Part shown: positions 1-9,673 of the stretch, one piece after another
Layout of the letters: each line of letters opens with the position of its first letter
Numbering within the stretch: position 1 is the first letter of the stretch
Virus record (IMG/VR): IMGVR_UViG_3300025085_000016
Span: 1-63,415 of that record
Strand: one strand, 5' to 3'
Origin: a virus
Lineage: Duplodnaviria; Caudoviricetes
Length of the DNA: 63,415 bases
The notes under the pieces: generated by a model
Database searches by the model: none
What the model was told of the DNA's origin: nothing
Seen by the model: the letters and a program-made list of their open reading frames with translations, nothing else
Program-made: the position numbers and the translations under genes

Positions 1-127
1 CAATCAGGCCGACCATCTGAATTGCACTGACGACCGCCGTAAGGACAAGAGGAAGTAGGGAAACGCTTTCAAAGCCTTCGGTTTCCTCTCTGAAGAACCA
101 TGAGAATACGCCCAGCGACCAGCACTT
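1..127 (+). repeat. Exact 127-bp direct repeat of 59125-59251
   Basis: Base-by-base identity CAATCAGGCC...AGCACTT; first mismatch at 128 (A) vs 59252 (G). Confidence 0.95.
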
Positions 128-193
128 ATATGCCAGAAAGAGACAAAAGCACCCCACCAAGAATTGCCATGTGCGATTTTCTTTAAGAGACAT
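1..193 (-). CDS. Membrane protein, holin-like (allele A, truncated by window edge)
   Basis: ATG at 193, MSLKENRTWQFLVGCFCLFLAYKCWSLG...; homolog of 58931-59317. Confidence 0.7.
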   Translation of the reverse strand, partial: MSLKENRTWQFLVGCFCLFLAYKCWSLGVFSWFFREETEGFESVSLLPLVLTAVVSAIQMVGLI

Positions 194-497
194 AACCCGG
201 CTCTCCTTTTGATGCTGTCCGTGAGATGGTATCCACTGCAAACAACTCGTCGTTTAGCCACTTGTCGATAAGCCGTTCGATGAACTTCATGGCTATGGCG
301 AGAAGCAAGCTTCCTAGAATCGAGTTGAATCTTCCTGACTCAATAAGCCGCGATCTTGTCTCCCCAATCGCAATCCTTCTTATTTCTGGTTTACTGAGAA
401 CAGGATTCAAAAACCTCTTTACAGTTCCTAGGTAGGCAAGACGAGTCTCTGCCCGAACAACCCCCATCTGCTCTTTGCTCATTAGGTATCTGTTCAT
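183..497 (-). CDS. Hypothetical protein with one hydrophobic segment (allele A)
   Basis: 104 aa, nearly identical to 59307-59621, with mostly synonymous differences. Confidence 0.8.
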   Translation of the reverse strand: MNRYLMSKEQMGVVRAETRLAYLGTVKRFLNPVLSKPEIRRIAIGETRSRLIESGRFNSILGSLLLAIAMKFIERLIDKWLNDELFAVDTISRTASKGEPGYVS

Positions 498-538
498 CCC
501 TGATCTCCTTGCCGCTAAACTAGCAACCTCTTTTTACG

Positions 539-787
539 TCACGACCTTGCTCGCTTCCCTGCCTTCTTCGCTGCCGGTGTGTTGGAAACGAACTGCTTTC
601 CCTTCTTTGAGGCTTTCTTCTTCTTGGCGTTTGTTGCTCGCTTCTCTGCTGGGCTTAAAGACTTCCAAGCCTTGTCAGGAAGGTATCGGACTGTGCCTCC
701 CTTCCTTTGGGCTTTCTTCCCGTCACTTGTCCTCCACTTCTCGGAGGTCCACTTCTCTAGGCTTCTCTGTGATTCGAGCTTTGCCAT
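539..787 (-). CDS. Small basic conserved phage protein (DUF5872-like)
   Basis: SLEKWTSEKWRT...RYLPDKAWKSLS...KQFVSN pattern seen in small basic aquatic-phage proteins; conserved in allele B. Confidence 0.65.
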   Translation of the reverse strand: MAKLESQRSLEKWTSEKWRTSDGKKAQRKGGTVRYLPDKAWKSLSPAEKRATNAKKKKASKKGKQFVSNTPAAKKAGKRARS

Positions 788-1017
788 CAGTCCATGTATC
801 CTCCGCCCGCTTTCTTGTATGCAAGCGCGAGCATCTGTGCTTTCCTAGCTGACCACTGACCGGGCTTTCCGCCCTTGCCACCGGACTTGATCTTGTTAAA
901 CATCCTTTTTCTCATGCCGGGCTTTGTGTAGTTCCCGGCCTCGTTGACTTTAGACTCTGACTTTCCACCGGACGGTTTTGCTTTTCGCTTGTACGCACCT
1001 TTGTCTCCGCTTGGCAT
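787..1017 (-). CDS. Small basic conserved phage protein (DUF5872-like)
   Basis: NYTKPGMRKR...GGKPGQWSARKAQMLALAYKKAGGGY; ATG at 1017 just after the upstream stop. Confidence 0.65.
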   Translation of the reverse strand: MPSGDKGAYKRKAKPSGGKSESKVNEAGNYTKPGMRKRMFNKIKSGGKGGKPGQWSARKAQMLALAYKKAGGGYMD

Positions 1018-1018
1018 A

Positions 1019-1573
1019 TCAGTCCTTTTTTCTTGCTCCGTGCTTGTCAACGAGCTTTCCTCTTAGCTCTCTTCTTGCATTATCGCTTTTCTTACAGGAT
1101 TCGTCTAACTTACGATCTCTGCCTCTGGCTTGACCCTCAAGCCGATCAACTATGTCTTTCGCTAGACGAGGCTTCTTCTTAGGACCGCCATACGCCTTGA
1201 CCTTCACCATCCCGTCAATGTCCATGCCCTTTTCTATGGCTGAGTTCTTGACATCGTTCGTGCTTGACACCCACGCTGCTGGATCGTTGTACTTACCAAG
1301 CTGACCGTTGTAGCTCTTTCCGTGTGTGTTGATCCCGGCTCTCTTAGCTATTCTGACAATGTCGTCCAACTGATCGTCGTTGAGAGCTTTCATTCGCTCG
1401 TTTTCTCTTTTGTTGAACTTACTGTCTGTATTCCACACCCCCGGAGGACGCATCGCCGCAAGCATTGCTGCCATATTTGGAGACTGACCATCTGCTACGA
1501 GCGTGTCGTAGATGTGTCGCACCCCAAGGGAGTCCATGTCCGACTCAATACTCGCTACTCGATCTTGGCTCAT
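1019..1573 (-). CDS. Hypothetical protein downstream of portal (allele A)
   Basis: 184 aa, ATGA-coupled to portal; homolog at 60143-60697. Confidence 0.8.
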   Translation of the reverse strand: MSQDRVASIESDMDSLGVRHIYDTLVADGQSPNMAAMLAAMRPPGVWNTDSKFNKRENERMKALNDDQLDDIVRIAKRAGINTHGKSYNGQLGKYNDPAAWVSSTNDVKNSAIEKGMDIDGMVKVKAYGGPKKKPRLAKDIVDRLEGQARGRDRKLDESCKKSDNARRELRGKLVDKHGARKKD

Positions 1574-3609
1574 TCTGATTGATCCTGTTGTTGAGTTTCA
1601 GCAGGCTGTGGTGGTGCATTCATCTGCACAAGCATCTGCTGTTCTGCATCTCCAAGCAGGAATTGTCCAACTTCCATATCCATTGCTCGCCCAAGAGCTT
1701 GCATATATGCGTTGTAAGGACGAGTTACACCGCTCATCATTGCCTGCTGGATCACGGGCAAAATGTACTGCCCGATGTCCGTTAGCTGCGCGATCTGAGA
1801 GTCCTTGTTCGGCTTTCGAGCAGTTCCAGCTTCTACCCTATACCGGAAGTCTCTGGTGATTCTGCTCACCTCGTCGGTAAGTATTTGCTGCTGAAACACC
1901 ATTGCAGCAGTCTGACCGACAATCGGAACGAGGTCTTCAAACTCGGAGACAAACCGCATTGCTTGAATCTCTCTAGTTGCCGAGAGAGAAAGCCAGTCCT
2001 CTACGCGAGATGCCATATCGTCTGGCCGAATGTTTATGTTCTGCTGACGATACTGAGCTTCTGCTGCCGAACGCATCTGCCTACTAGACTGCCCGTACAT
2101 CAATTCCGTAAGACCTAACCTCTTATCAATCTGCTCGTTCACCTGTGCAACCATATTCCAAATATCTATGGAAAAGTTAGGTGCTTGCATGAAGCTAATA
2201 GAGTCTGACAACTTTGTGCCGCTGATCCTTTCCAGATCAATCACTGAGAACGGACCCGAACCACTTGTCAACTGAGAGCGAATGTTTTCGCCAGCTTCCT
2301 TCATCACGCCAACATATATTTTGCTGCCCGCTGCAACCTTGTCAGCTATAAAGCTCATGCACCAGTTCACAAACTTCAGCTCGCCTATACATGGCTTGAC
2401 CATGCTGATCGGCCAAATCTCACCCGGCTTGTTGTAGAAGCTGAGCCTACATATAGGCCAGCCGCCATCTGCCATGTAGTCGTCCCAGTAAGGTGCTTCC
2501 CAAGAAGTCTTATCCAGAATCAGGTCCATGTCCCCTGACTGCAAAACATCTGGTGCTAAGTTCAGTGGGTACGGACACTGCTCGCAGATCGCCATGTAAA
2601 CAAAGTCACCGAGAGCATCTAGCCCTTTTACGGACTTGTCTTTCTCGCCTATCTTGAGATTCTGCCCTGCCCCTGACTTGCTATACACTTCGTAGTATTC
2701 AACGAGATCGTGAGTGACCCCTGCGTATGTTCCGTCTCCATTCTTCTTTCTTCCCTTGGCTCCCGTGACTGAAGACATTCTGGCGTACTTGCCCTTCAGT
2801 GAACCCTTTGGCAAGCCAAACTTCTCTTCTACCTGATGTGCAGGCTCACACGAACGAAGTGCGATCCAAGTGCAATCCTTCCAATACTTGGCATCGGGAT
2901 CTACTAACAAGTCTTTGTTGGACCTGTACCTGCTCCTTGCCATTTTGGGACCACCCCCCGGTGGCTGCTCTACCTTGACTTCAAGAAGACCCAGTCCCGT
3001 GATGATCGCCTCTGTTATTGCAAGACGAGCTTCGTCTTGCTTCGATCCTTCCTGCTGAATGTAATTACTTATCGACTCAAGGATGTGAGCATGGTCGCGG
3101 TCAACAACAGAAGCTTTCTCGTCTGCATCAACGACCTGCTGATACTGCTGATACAACGATTGCACTGACTGAATAACAAACGGGTCAGTCACAACCCCCT
3201 GCTGCACAGCATCAGCCATATTCAATAGCTGAGCAGCCTGCGGGTTTCCAGCGTAGAAAGTCTCGATACTGACTTCAGGATTTGATCTAGGGCTTACTGC
3301 AATCACAGGGTTCTGGTGATATAGGACTGGCCCGAACATACTCACAGCCTCAAACAGTCTGTTCACAGACATCTCAAACTGAGGCATCTGTACGTCAGCA
3401 GCCAAGAATCCGTCATGAGAGCCAGACTTCTTCTTCATCTGACTCCACATATGATTGACAGGACCATCAAAGAAAGTCATTGCCTCATCAGCGAAGACAT
3501 CAAACTTCTTCTTGCGGTCCTCTCTCGCAGCTTTGAATACCCGCTTCCACCTATCCACAATAGGCGCAAGTGGGTACTTCTGGCTTCCTGTTGGCTGATA
3601 TTCGTCCAT
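1570..3609 (-). CDS. Portal protein (allele A)
   Basis: 679 aa, two genes downstream of TerL; helical, with GLTELMYG...SAAEAQ and VEAGTARKPN segments and a Q-rich C-terminus typical of P22/SU10-like portals. Confidence 0.75.
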   Translation of the reverse strand: MDEYQPTGSQKYPLAPIVDRWKRVFKAAREDRKKKFDVFADEAMTFFDGPVNHMWSQMKKKSGSHDGFLAADVQMPQFEMSVNRLFEAVSMFGPVLYHQNPVIAVSPRSNPEVSIETFYAGNPQAAQLLNMADAVQQGVVTDPFVIQSVQSLYQQYQQVVDADEKASVVDRDHAHILESISNYIQQEGSKQDEARLAITEAIITGLGLLEVKVEQPPGGGPKMARSRYRSNKDLLVDPDAKYWKDCTWIALRSCEPAHQVEEKFGLPKGSLKGKYARMSSVTGAKGRKKNGDGTYAGVTHDLVEYYEVYSKSGAGQNLKIGEKDKSVKGLDALGDFVYMAICEQCPYPLNLAPDVLQSGDMDLILDKTSWEAPYWDDYMADGGWPICRLSFYNKPGEIWPISMVKPCIGELKFVNWCMSFIADKVAAGSKIYVGVMKEAGENIRSQLTSGSGPFSVIDLERISGTKLSDSISFMQAPNFSIDIWNMVAQVNEQIDKRLGLTELMYGQSSRQMRSAAEAQYRQQNINIRPDDMASRVEDWLSLSATREIQAMRFVSEFEDLVPIVGQTAAMVFQQQILTDEVSRITRDFRYRVEAGTARKPNKDSQIAQLTDIGQYILPVIQQAMMSGVTRPYNAYMQALGRAMDMEVGQFLLGDAEQQMLVQMNAPPQPAETQQQDQSE

Positions 3610-3611
3610 GA

Positions 3612-3998
3612 TTAACCCTCAAGCTGATTGATTCGTTCTTCAAGCTCTCTTAGCTTTTGCTGCACACGGTCGTCTGCAAACTCCCAGATGCCGCCAATCT
3701 CATCTAGTATCTCTGCGCCTGCCTTGATTCTCGGATCATCGCGATGGATGCAATCTCCGTAGGCGTTGTTCATGTAGACACAGTCAATGCTCTTCTCGCC
3801 AGCGGACACAACAAACGCAACGCCTGCGTTCCTTGCTGACACGGTCCCTCTCGGGTAGATCACAACGCACTCGCCACGGTCTGGCTGTGGCATTGACCAT
3901 TCCTTGGGAGGCTCTGGGCTTGGCACAATGTCAACTTGAGTTGACACTGGTTCTACTGGCTTCGGTGCGGGCTTTCGTCGTGCTGCTTTTTTAGCCAT
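3612..3998 (-). CDS. Hypothetical protein between TerL and portal (allele A)
   Basis: ATG at 3998 (MAKKAARRK); homolog 62748-63149 shares WSMP.P.RG, C.H.DDPR and GG.W.F. Confidence 0.8.
   Translation of the reverse strand: MAKKAARRKPAPKPVEPVSTQVDIVPSPEPPKEWSMPQPDRGECVVIYPRGTVSARNAGVAFVVSAGEKSIDCVYMNNAYGDCIHRDDPRIKAGAEILDEIGGIWEFADDRVQQKLRELEERINQLEG
3929..3946. repeat. 18-bp inverted repeat TGTCAACTTGAGTTGACA, copy 1 (in CDS)
   Basis: Exact match to copies at 14519, 22449 and 34599. Confidence 0.95.
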
Positions 3999-5736
3999 CG
4001 TATGTTCCTTGAGGTCCGAGAATAATTGTGCTGGTAATACCAAACGGATTCTTGGCCTCTTGCCTGTCTTTCATTCGCTTCTTAAATGCCCGCACTCGCC
4101 TCTGTCCTGCGGTCAAAGCCTTTCTCTTTCCTTTCGGTCTGATGTAAGGCTCGCTTATGTCATTTACATAGGTTGCTAAATACTCAAGGCACTCGATTGC
4201 GTGGGTGTTAGTTCGCCTGTTGCCAGTGTCTGTCACGACCCCATTGGCTTTCTTCTTTCGGAACCTTCGCATTTCGCGATCTAAGTTTGGACATGCGTTA
4301 AAGTCTACTAATATCTGTGGCTTTCCCGCGCCTGTAACTGCCAACATTCCTCTGGTGATTTCTTCTCGGTAGGCGATGACAGAGCAGCCGGGCGTGAATC
4401 TGTTTTTTGTTTCTATACACTGAACATCAAGTGCCTTCATCTCCCGCTCGTATGCTTCGCGAGGAGATATGCCTGTGTCCATAGAGGTCAGGTTTCCACC
4501 GTGAGAGTCAATCAAGAATGTTTGGAACCATGTTCCCGCAGTCGAATCATGCAGAGCTTTTGCAATCATCCTTGCCGTACACTGCCTGAGATATATCTCT
4601 CCGAAAACCAAGTGCCAAGTTCCACTTGGTGGCGTAGCAATCAAGATTCCTGCTGCGGTATCGTGTCCGGGGTCAACCGATAGACGCCTACACCAGTTAA
4701 TAGGAACCTTCCTATTCTTTAGGAACTCGTTGGCTTCAGGAATCTGCTCGCTATATCTATCCACATCATGAAGCGATCTGTTCCACATTGGGTACATCAA
4801 GACGCTGTCCGTTATCAGCTCACCCAAAGCCCTCTTGCGGTAGACATCGTCCCCCATGCTCTTCCAGCCAGCGACTGCTGCTTTCTTAGCCTCTGCCGGA
4901 AGGTAAGGGTTCGCCTCCATTGAGATCCGATACACGATGGTCGTTGGCTTTGGACCGCCTCTAGTGAACTCGTCGGCCTGTGTATCCGCTCTCTCAGCAA
5001 GTCTGGCGATTGCATCGTTGTCATCGTGCGGAAGAGCAGACCATATCAATCGACCGCTCCTGTCAATGAGACGACCGGCTGCTTCTTCGTAGTGCCTCGG
5101 ATCGAGAATATCTTCATCAATGTGCAGTAGGTCGCAACTGTAGCCTTGGTCTGGCTTAGAGCGTGAACTAAAAGCTTTGATTTCCCATCCTGTTTTCAGG
5201 AACACATTGCTGAATACGTTCTTGCCCCTGTCCTTCCATACGATCTTTTCAATCATTCTTGGAGGAATCAAAGGAGGTGCTGGCTTAGCCTCCTTCTTTC
5301 TAGCAACATCTTGTGGAACCCAAGGACGGTAGACCCTCCACAAGTCCGTCTCTTTGTCACGGATAATCTTGAATGCGCCTGCTTTGAACAAGTACGGATA
5401 CACTACCCCCCCAAGATGTGATTCTTTGTACCCGATGATTGCTAATACACCGTCTCTCTTTGGGTACTTGTCGTAAGGGTCTTTACCTAAGACAGCTCTT
5501 GCGTCCTCAACGAAAGCAGCCAGTGACTTGCCGCCTCTGTTTCCGCCCTGCAACATGCACTCCGGTGCATCACACCGATGGAACTCGTCTTGCGTTGGCT
5601 GAGGGATGTATAGATTTAGAGCTTCGATTCTCCTCTTGGCGATCTCGCCAGCGACACGAAACGCTTTCTTTTTTGCGAAGCTGCTGTGTCCAATGTCCTT
5701 GAGAGCATCTGCTGGCATTCCGGGCGAGTCAGTCAT
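3991..5736 (-). CDS. terL: Terminase large subunit
   Basis: Q motif (PQPTQDEFH), Walker A GGNRGGKS, Walker B LLHIDED, nuclease SVDPGH, C-terminal THAIECLEY; ATG 5736 overlaps the upstream stop. Confidence 0.92.
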   Translation of the reverse strand: MTDSPGMPADALKDIGHSSFAKKKAFRVAGEIAKRRIEALNLYIPQPTQDEFHRCDAPECMLQGGNRGGKSLAAFVEDARAVLGKDPYDKYPKRDGVLAIIGYKESHLGGVVYPYLFKAGAFKIIRDKETDLWRVYRPWVPQDVARKKEAKPAPPLIPPRMIEKIVWKDRGKNVFSNVFLKTGWEIKAFSSRSKPDQGYSCDLLHIDEDILDPRHYEEAAGRLIDRSGRLIWSALPHDDNDAIARLAERADTQADEFTRGGPKPTTIVYRISMEANPYLPAEAKKAAVAGWKSMGDDVYRKRALGELITDSVLMYPMWNRSLHDVDRYSEQIPEANEFLKNRKVPINWCRRLSVDPGHDTAAGILIATPPSGTWHLVFGEIYLRQCTARMIAKALHDSTAGTWFQTFLIDSHGGNLTSMDTGISPREAYEREMKALDVQCIETKNRFTPGCSVIAYREEITRGMLAVTGAGKPQILVDFNACPNLDREMRRFRKKKANGVVTDTGNRRTNTHAIECLEYLATYVNDISEPYIRPKGKRKALTAGQRRVRAFKKRMKDRQEAKNPFGITSTIILGPQGTYDG

Positions 5737-6334
5737 CTTTGACCTCCACAGCATCAGCGTCTATCACATCGCCATCAAGAGTTGGTATGGCTGTAGGCGG
5801 CAGCTCATTTCCTTTCTGATACTCAACCAAATGCTGACGCATCACTTGGAGCAAGTCTCGCTCCTCCATCATGTCTAGCTGCCTCTCAGCCAAGCCAAGC
5901 TTTGTCACCTTACCCGCAAGCTGCATCATCATGTCGTGAATCTTCACACGCTTTTGACTGCCCGGATCACAAGCCAAGTATGTTGCAAACAAATGCTTCG
6001 CCCACCCATTGACTCCACCGAACGGTTTCATCATCGCCTCAAAGACCTCGTTGATGTGCGGGTCGAAGCTCCCCCCCGACGATAAGCCACCCAGTGTCTC
6101 TAGCCCCTCTTCTTCAATCTGGCGTAGCTTTGCATCTAAACGGTCTTGTTTCTTTTGCTCGTTTATCTTGGACCTGCAATCCTTGCAAGTATCTCGCCTC
6201 CCACCTTCTTTTGTTTCATCTCTATGAAAGCTTTCAAGATCCTTTCGTATGCCACATGACGTACAGTATTTATGCTGAGGGTTGCTCACCACAGCTTCGA
6301 TAGGATCTTGTTCTGTGCTTTCTGACGTATCCAT
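5729..6334 (-). CDS. Probable terminase small subunit with N-terminal C4 zinc finger
   Basis: Immediately upstream of and coupled to terL; CTSC...CKDC; C-terminal VIDADAVEV tail. Confidence 0.55.
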   Translation of the reverse strand: MDTSESTEQDPIEAVVSNPQHKYCTSCGIRKDLESFHRDETKEGGRRDTCKDCRSKINEQKKQDRLDAKLRQIEEEGLETLGGLSSGGSFDPHINEVFEAMMKPFGGVNGWAKHLFATYLACDPGSQKRVKIHDMMMQLAGKVTKLGLAERQLDMMEERDLLQVMRQHLVEYQKGNELPPTAIPTLDGDVIDADAVEVKDD

Positions 6335-6344
6335 GTTGCCCCAT

Positions 6345-6382
6345 AAAAAAAGCGGACGAACCATTGTGGCGGCTCGTCCGCT
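6345..6382 (-). terminator. Rho-independent terminator after capsid/decoration genes
   Basis: Minus strand AGCGGACGAGCCG-loop-TGGTTCGTCCGCT followed by a T run. Confidence 0.8.
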
Positions 6383-6409
6383 GATAACTCATTTGCTACG
6401 AGCTTTGAA

Positions 6410-6973
6410 CTAGACCCATTCAGGGTTAAGTTCAACCTCTACCAAGGCATCGTTGGTTGAGTCTGCTTTTACAACAGTACCCAAGACGAGTCCGTGATCG
6501 CTACCAAGAGCAGCCTCTGCCAGTCGGCCTGAAGCTCCTGCTTTAATAACATCGCCAGCAGCCAAGTCCTCAGCACTAGCAGGTTGCTTAGCCTTGCTTG
6601 GGCCTCGGACGATGGCATAAAACAGGTCGTTTGCAGCAACTGTTGATGCACCCAGTGCTGGGTCAACAACTAAGCAGCAGCGGTCGCCTGCTGAAGACTT
6701 AGCGTCTGCGGTTCCAAGACCGGCGTGTCCTGCGTCAATGTCAACGAGGATGATCTCACCAGCAGCAAGAGTGCCACCAGTTTTGTTACGCAAGATGCGA
6801 GCTGTTACTCGACGACCAACAACTCGTCCGCTCATGCCTGCTGCTGTTGCAACATCTGCCGACACGGGGAACGTGTACTCACGCCCATCCAACGAAGTGT
6901 TGATGTCAACTGAATCATCGTTTTGGCCTCGGATGGTATCACCCAAGCCAAAGTCTGCTACTGAATCTAGCAT
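6410..6973 (-). CDS. Capsid decoration/cement-like protein
   Basis: 187 aa, Ala/Gly/Val-rich beta protein directly after the major capsid gene. Confidence 0.55.
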   Translation of the reverse strand: MLDSVADFGLGDTIRGQNDDSVDINTSLDGREYTFPVSADVATAAGMSGRVVGRRVTARILRNKTGGTLAAGEIILVDIDAGHAGLGTADAKSSAGDRCCLVVDPALGASTVAANDLFYAIVRGPSKAKQPASAEDLAAGDVIKAGASGRLAEAALGSDHGLVLGTVVKADSTNDALVEVELNPEWV

Positions 6974-7005
6974 TGTGTTAAGTCCTTTTTACAGGGGTGA
7001 TAAAA

Positions 7006-8151
7006 TTAGATTTCGCTATTTGGTTTCCAAACGACGAAGTTACGAGGCGACTTGTACTTGATGTTACTCAAGGTACTTACGACAGCATTCATACTCTGGG
7101 TATTGATGTCGTACTGAGGTCCACCTTCATCCTCGAACAGTCCGCCGGAAGTAAGTCCCATCAGCTCCATGCAAGCAAGGTTAATACCGAATGCGTAGCC
7201 AACCGGAACTGCGTTCTCGAAACCGAGTTCGATGCCATCGAAACGGAAGACGTTACGAAAGCCAAGTGAGATTAACGAGTCTGGTGCGTTCTTCACTTCG
7301 ATAGTCTGGCGACCATCGTTATGATCCTTGAGATCAATGAAGAGGTTGCGATCCATAAACACGTTCGTAATCTGACCGTCGATGGTGCTGTTACGCTGGG
7401 CATGAGTAATGCCGTAACGCAATGCTTTCTCAAGCTGCGCTCCACCAGTACCAGCAAACGAGCTGCTGTCACGCTGGACCACCAATGGCGACCAGAAATC
7501 GTACTGAGCATCTTGGGTCGCTTCAGGCCAAGGTGCGCTACTGTCCTGAGAACCACCGTAGGTTCCAAGTACGCACGACAAGTTACCATAGCTCCCCGAA
7601 GGAGCAGCGGCTTTGTCAGCAGCGTTCTTTGAACGTGCGCCTGATCCATCAATGTTGAGGGTCTGGCCGTTGGTTCGTGACAAGGTCTTGAAGCCGTGCC
7701 AGAAACGCTCGTTCTCAGGATCTTCTCCGTCGATATAGAACTGAGGAGCAAGCTCCTGCAAGAGAGACTCTTTCAGTCGCTCTGCAAAACCATCAAGAAC
7801 CTTGATGATCGCTGACTCACCTTTATTCTTTTCCATCTCGCGGCGCTTGATACTATCCGTAACTTCGTATCCGCGATAGTCTAGGCTGGCAGTCTTGAAC
7901 AGGTTGGTAGGTGTAAAGTTCCTGCTGTTCTCGCCTGTTGCTCCAACTGCCTTGTGGTTCTTGTAGCGAACCGGCCATTGGATGCCTTCACCGCCATGAC
8001 CAGTAGAGATTCGGCCTGCCGACTCTAGCAATGCCATGATCTGGAAGTTCTTCTTTGCCGTATCTTCTACTTCTCGTAAGAGCTTTGGCATCGTGGTATG
8101 CAAGGAACGCGCCCAAGCAAACCGATCAAAATTCTGGAATCCACTGGGCAT
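7006..8151 (-). CDS. Major capsid protein
   Basis: 381 aa after scaffold; GG..I.WPV.Y N-terminal motif, ELAPQFYIDG, GFRNVFRFDGIEL, C-terminal SNIKYKSPRNF resemble HK97-fold capsids. Confidence 0.75.
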   Translation of the reverse strand: MPSGFQNFDRFAWARSLHTTMPKLLREVEDTAKKNFQIMALLESAGRISTGHGGEGIQWPVRYKNHKAVGATGENSRNFTPTNLFKTASLDYRGYEVTDSIKRREMEKNKGESAIIKVLDGFAERLKESLLQELAPQFYIDGEDPENERFWHGFKTLSRTNGQTLNIDGSGARSKNAADKAAAPSGSYGNLSCVLGTYGGSQDSSAPWPEATQDAQYDFWSPLVVQRDSSSFAGTGGAQLEKALRYGITHAQRNSTIDGQITNVFMDRNLFIDLKDHNDGRQTIEVKNAPDSLISLGFRNVFRFDGIELGFENAVPVGYAFGINLACMELMGLTSGGLFEDEGGPQYDINTQSMNAVVSTLSNIKYKSPRNFVVWKPNSEI

Positions 8152-8191
8152 GATAGCCTCCTTGCGAATGTGGAACTACTAAAAACTGTGG

Positions 8192-9283
8192 CTACTCTGT
8201 GCCGCTCATCATGGCGGCAAGGGTTTCCTCACCGAACGACATCTGTTGACGACCTGTGGGATCGCCACCGCTCTCTGCTGTCACACCATTAAAGGAGGAC
8301 TGCCGAGTTCGACTTGTATTGGTTCTTCCACGCATTGCAGAGCGTTGCTGCTGCGCCGTTGACTGTGCTTGTTGTGACTGCTGAACTGGAGCCGCTGCTT
8401 GTGCAGTTGCGCCGCCCATTGCCATCTGTGCGTACTGGATCTGCTTTGTCACAGACGAAACACCGTCTTGTGCAAAAGAATCCATGTGCTGAAGGAATTG
8501 GTGTCCGCTGTCGCTGTAGATGTAATCTCCCGACATTGGATCTTTCAGAAACTGCCCTGTAGCTGGATCTTGTTGGTATAGCCAACTTGCGTTCTGATTG
8601 ATAAACGAATCAACCTGAGCGTTCTCTTGAGCCTGTGTTTGCTTCTGCTCGTAGGAACTCTCAAACCTCTCCTGAATCATTTGCTCCACACGCTGGTCTA
8701 CAGCGGCGGCGAACTGCCGAGGATCTTGAAGCACCTCTTGCCACTGACGAAGCTTGCGATCAATCCCCAGAATCTTGTCTCTGGTGTCATCATCGACATG
8801 CTCAGCAATCGTCCTGTTGCCCTCCTCATCAACTTCGATGTATTGATTTGCCCATGCAGGGTCTTGCCAACCATCAACCAATTCGCTCAGCGGATCTTTC
8901 TTCTGAGGCTCTTGTGTAACTGGCTCTGGAGCAGTTGTGTTGTGGCTCTGAAGTTGCTGTTGATAGAATTTTAGCTGGTCAGCATATGTGTTTATCTGCT
9001 GATCTCGCTGCCGGTTGGATTCAATCAACGCCCTTACAGCATTGTCAGCATCTTCAAATGATTGCAGTCCAGCCTTCTGAAGTTCAGTTTGCCAAGCTGG
9101 TTCGGCTTCAGCGGCTTCCGTGCCGCTGTCGCCTTCCTCCTGAAGAGCTAACGGGGAATGCTCTTCTGGGAGTTGTGTTTCTTGATCTTGCGCAGGCTGA
9201 TCCTGAGCTTCCAGCTCTTGCTCGGCTGCATCGAGTGCTTCCTGCTCTGTATCGTTTAGTTCAACAGAGTCGTCAGATGGCAT
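8192..9283 (-). CDS. Capsid scaffolding-like protein
   Basis: 363 aa, acidic Q/E-rich coiled coil immediately upstream of the capsid gene. Confidence 0.6.
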   Translation of the reverse strand: MPSDDSVELNDTEQEALDAAEQELEAQDQPAQDQETQLPEEHSPLALQEEGDSGTEAAEAEPAWQTELQKAGLQSFEDADNAVRALIESNRQRDQQINTYADQLKFYQQQLQSHNTTAPEPVTQEPQKKDPLSELVDGWQDPAWANQYIEVDEEGNRTIAEHVDDDTRDKILGIDRKLRQWQEVLQDPRQFAAAVDQRVEQMIQERFESSYEQKQTQAQENAQVDSFINQNASWLYQQDPATGQFLKDPMSGDYIYSDSGHQFLQHMDSFAQDGVSSVTKQIQYAQMAMGGATAQAAAPVQQSQQAQSTAQQQRSAMRGRTNTSRTRQSSFNGVTAESGGDPTGRQQMSFGEETLAAMMSGTE

Positions 9284-9413
9284 TTGTCTTTTCCATTTGC
9301 TGCGGTTTCAAAACAACATCACCGCAGTTTGAAACACATCTGAAGCACAGCAAGCTTAAACAGGGGGTGTCGGCCAGCTTTGTACTGGAATACACAAAAA
9401 CGGGAAAAGAAAT

Positions 9414-9653
9414 TTGATGGTGAAAGATACGCAAGACGAGACAAAGGCGTTGATGCCTCTGACTGATCTAAGGGCGGCACTCAAGAAGAAAGGTATTATT
9501 GACGTACCAAGGTCTACTGTTCGCAACTGGTACTTGTTTGGAGTTTCTACTCCTAGCGGTAGAATCAAACTGAAGACTCGAAAGGTGGGGAGCAGGCGAA
9601 TGTCGTCTGTGAAATGGACTCTTGACTTCTTGGACGAACAAGACTCCACCTAA
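9414..9653 (+). CDS. DUF1580-like small HTH DNA-binding protein
   Basis: STVRNWYLFGV...IKLKTRKVGSRRMSS..W..DFL matches the DUF1580/excisionase-like pattern common in Planctomycetota. Confidence 0.6.
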   Translation: MMVKDTQDETKALMPLTDLRAALKKKGIIDVPRSTVRNWYLFGVSTPSGRIKLKTRKVGSRRMSSVKWTLDFLDEQDST

Positions 9654-9673
9654 CACAAGCCACGGAGGTTGAT

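Noticed and set aside
5729-6334. HNH endonuclease next to terminase
   Set aside because: Only a CxxC...CxxC finger is present; no HNH catalytic motif
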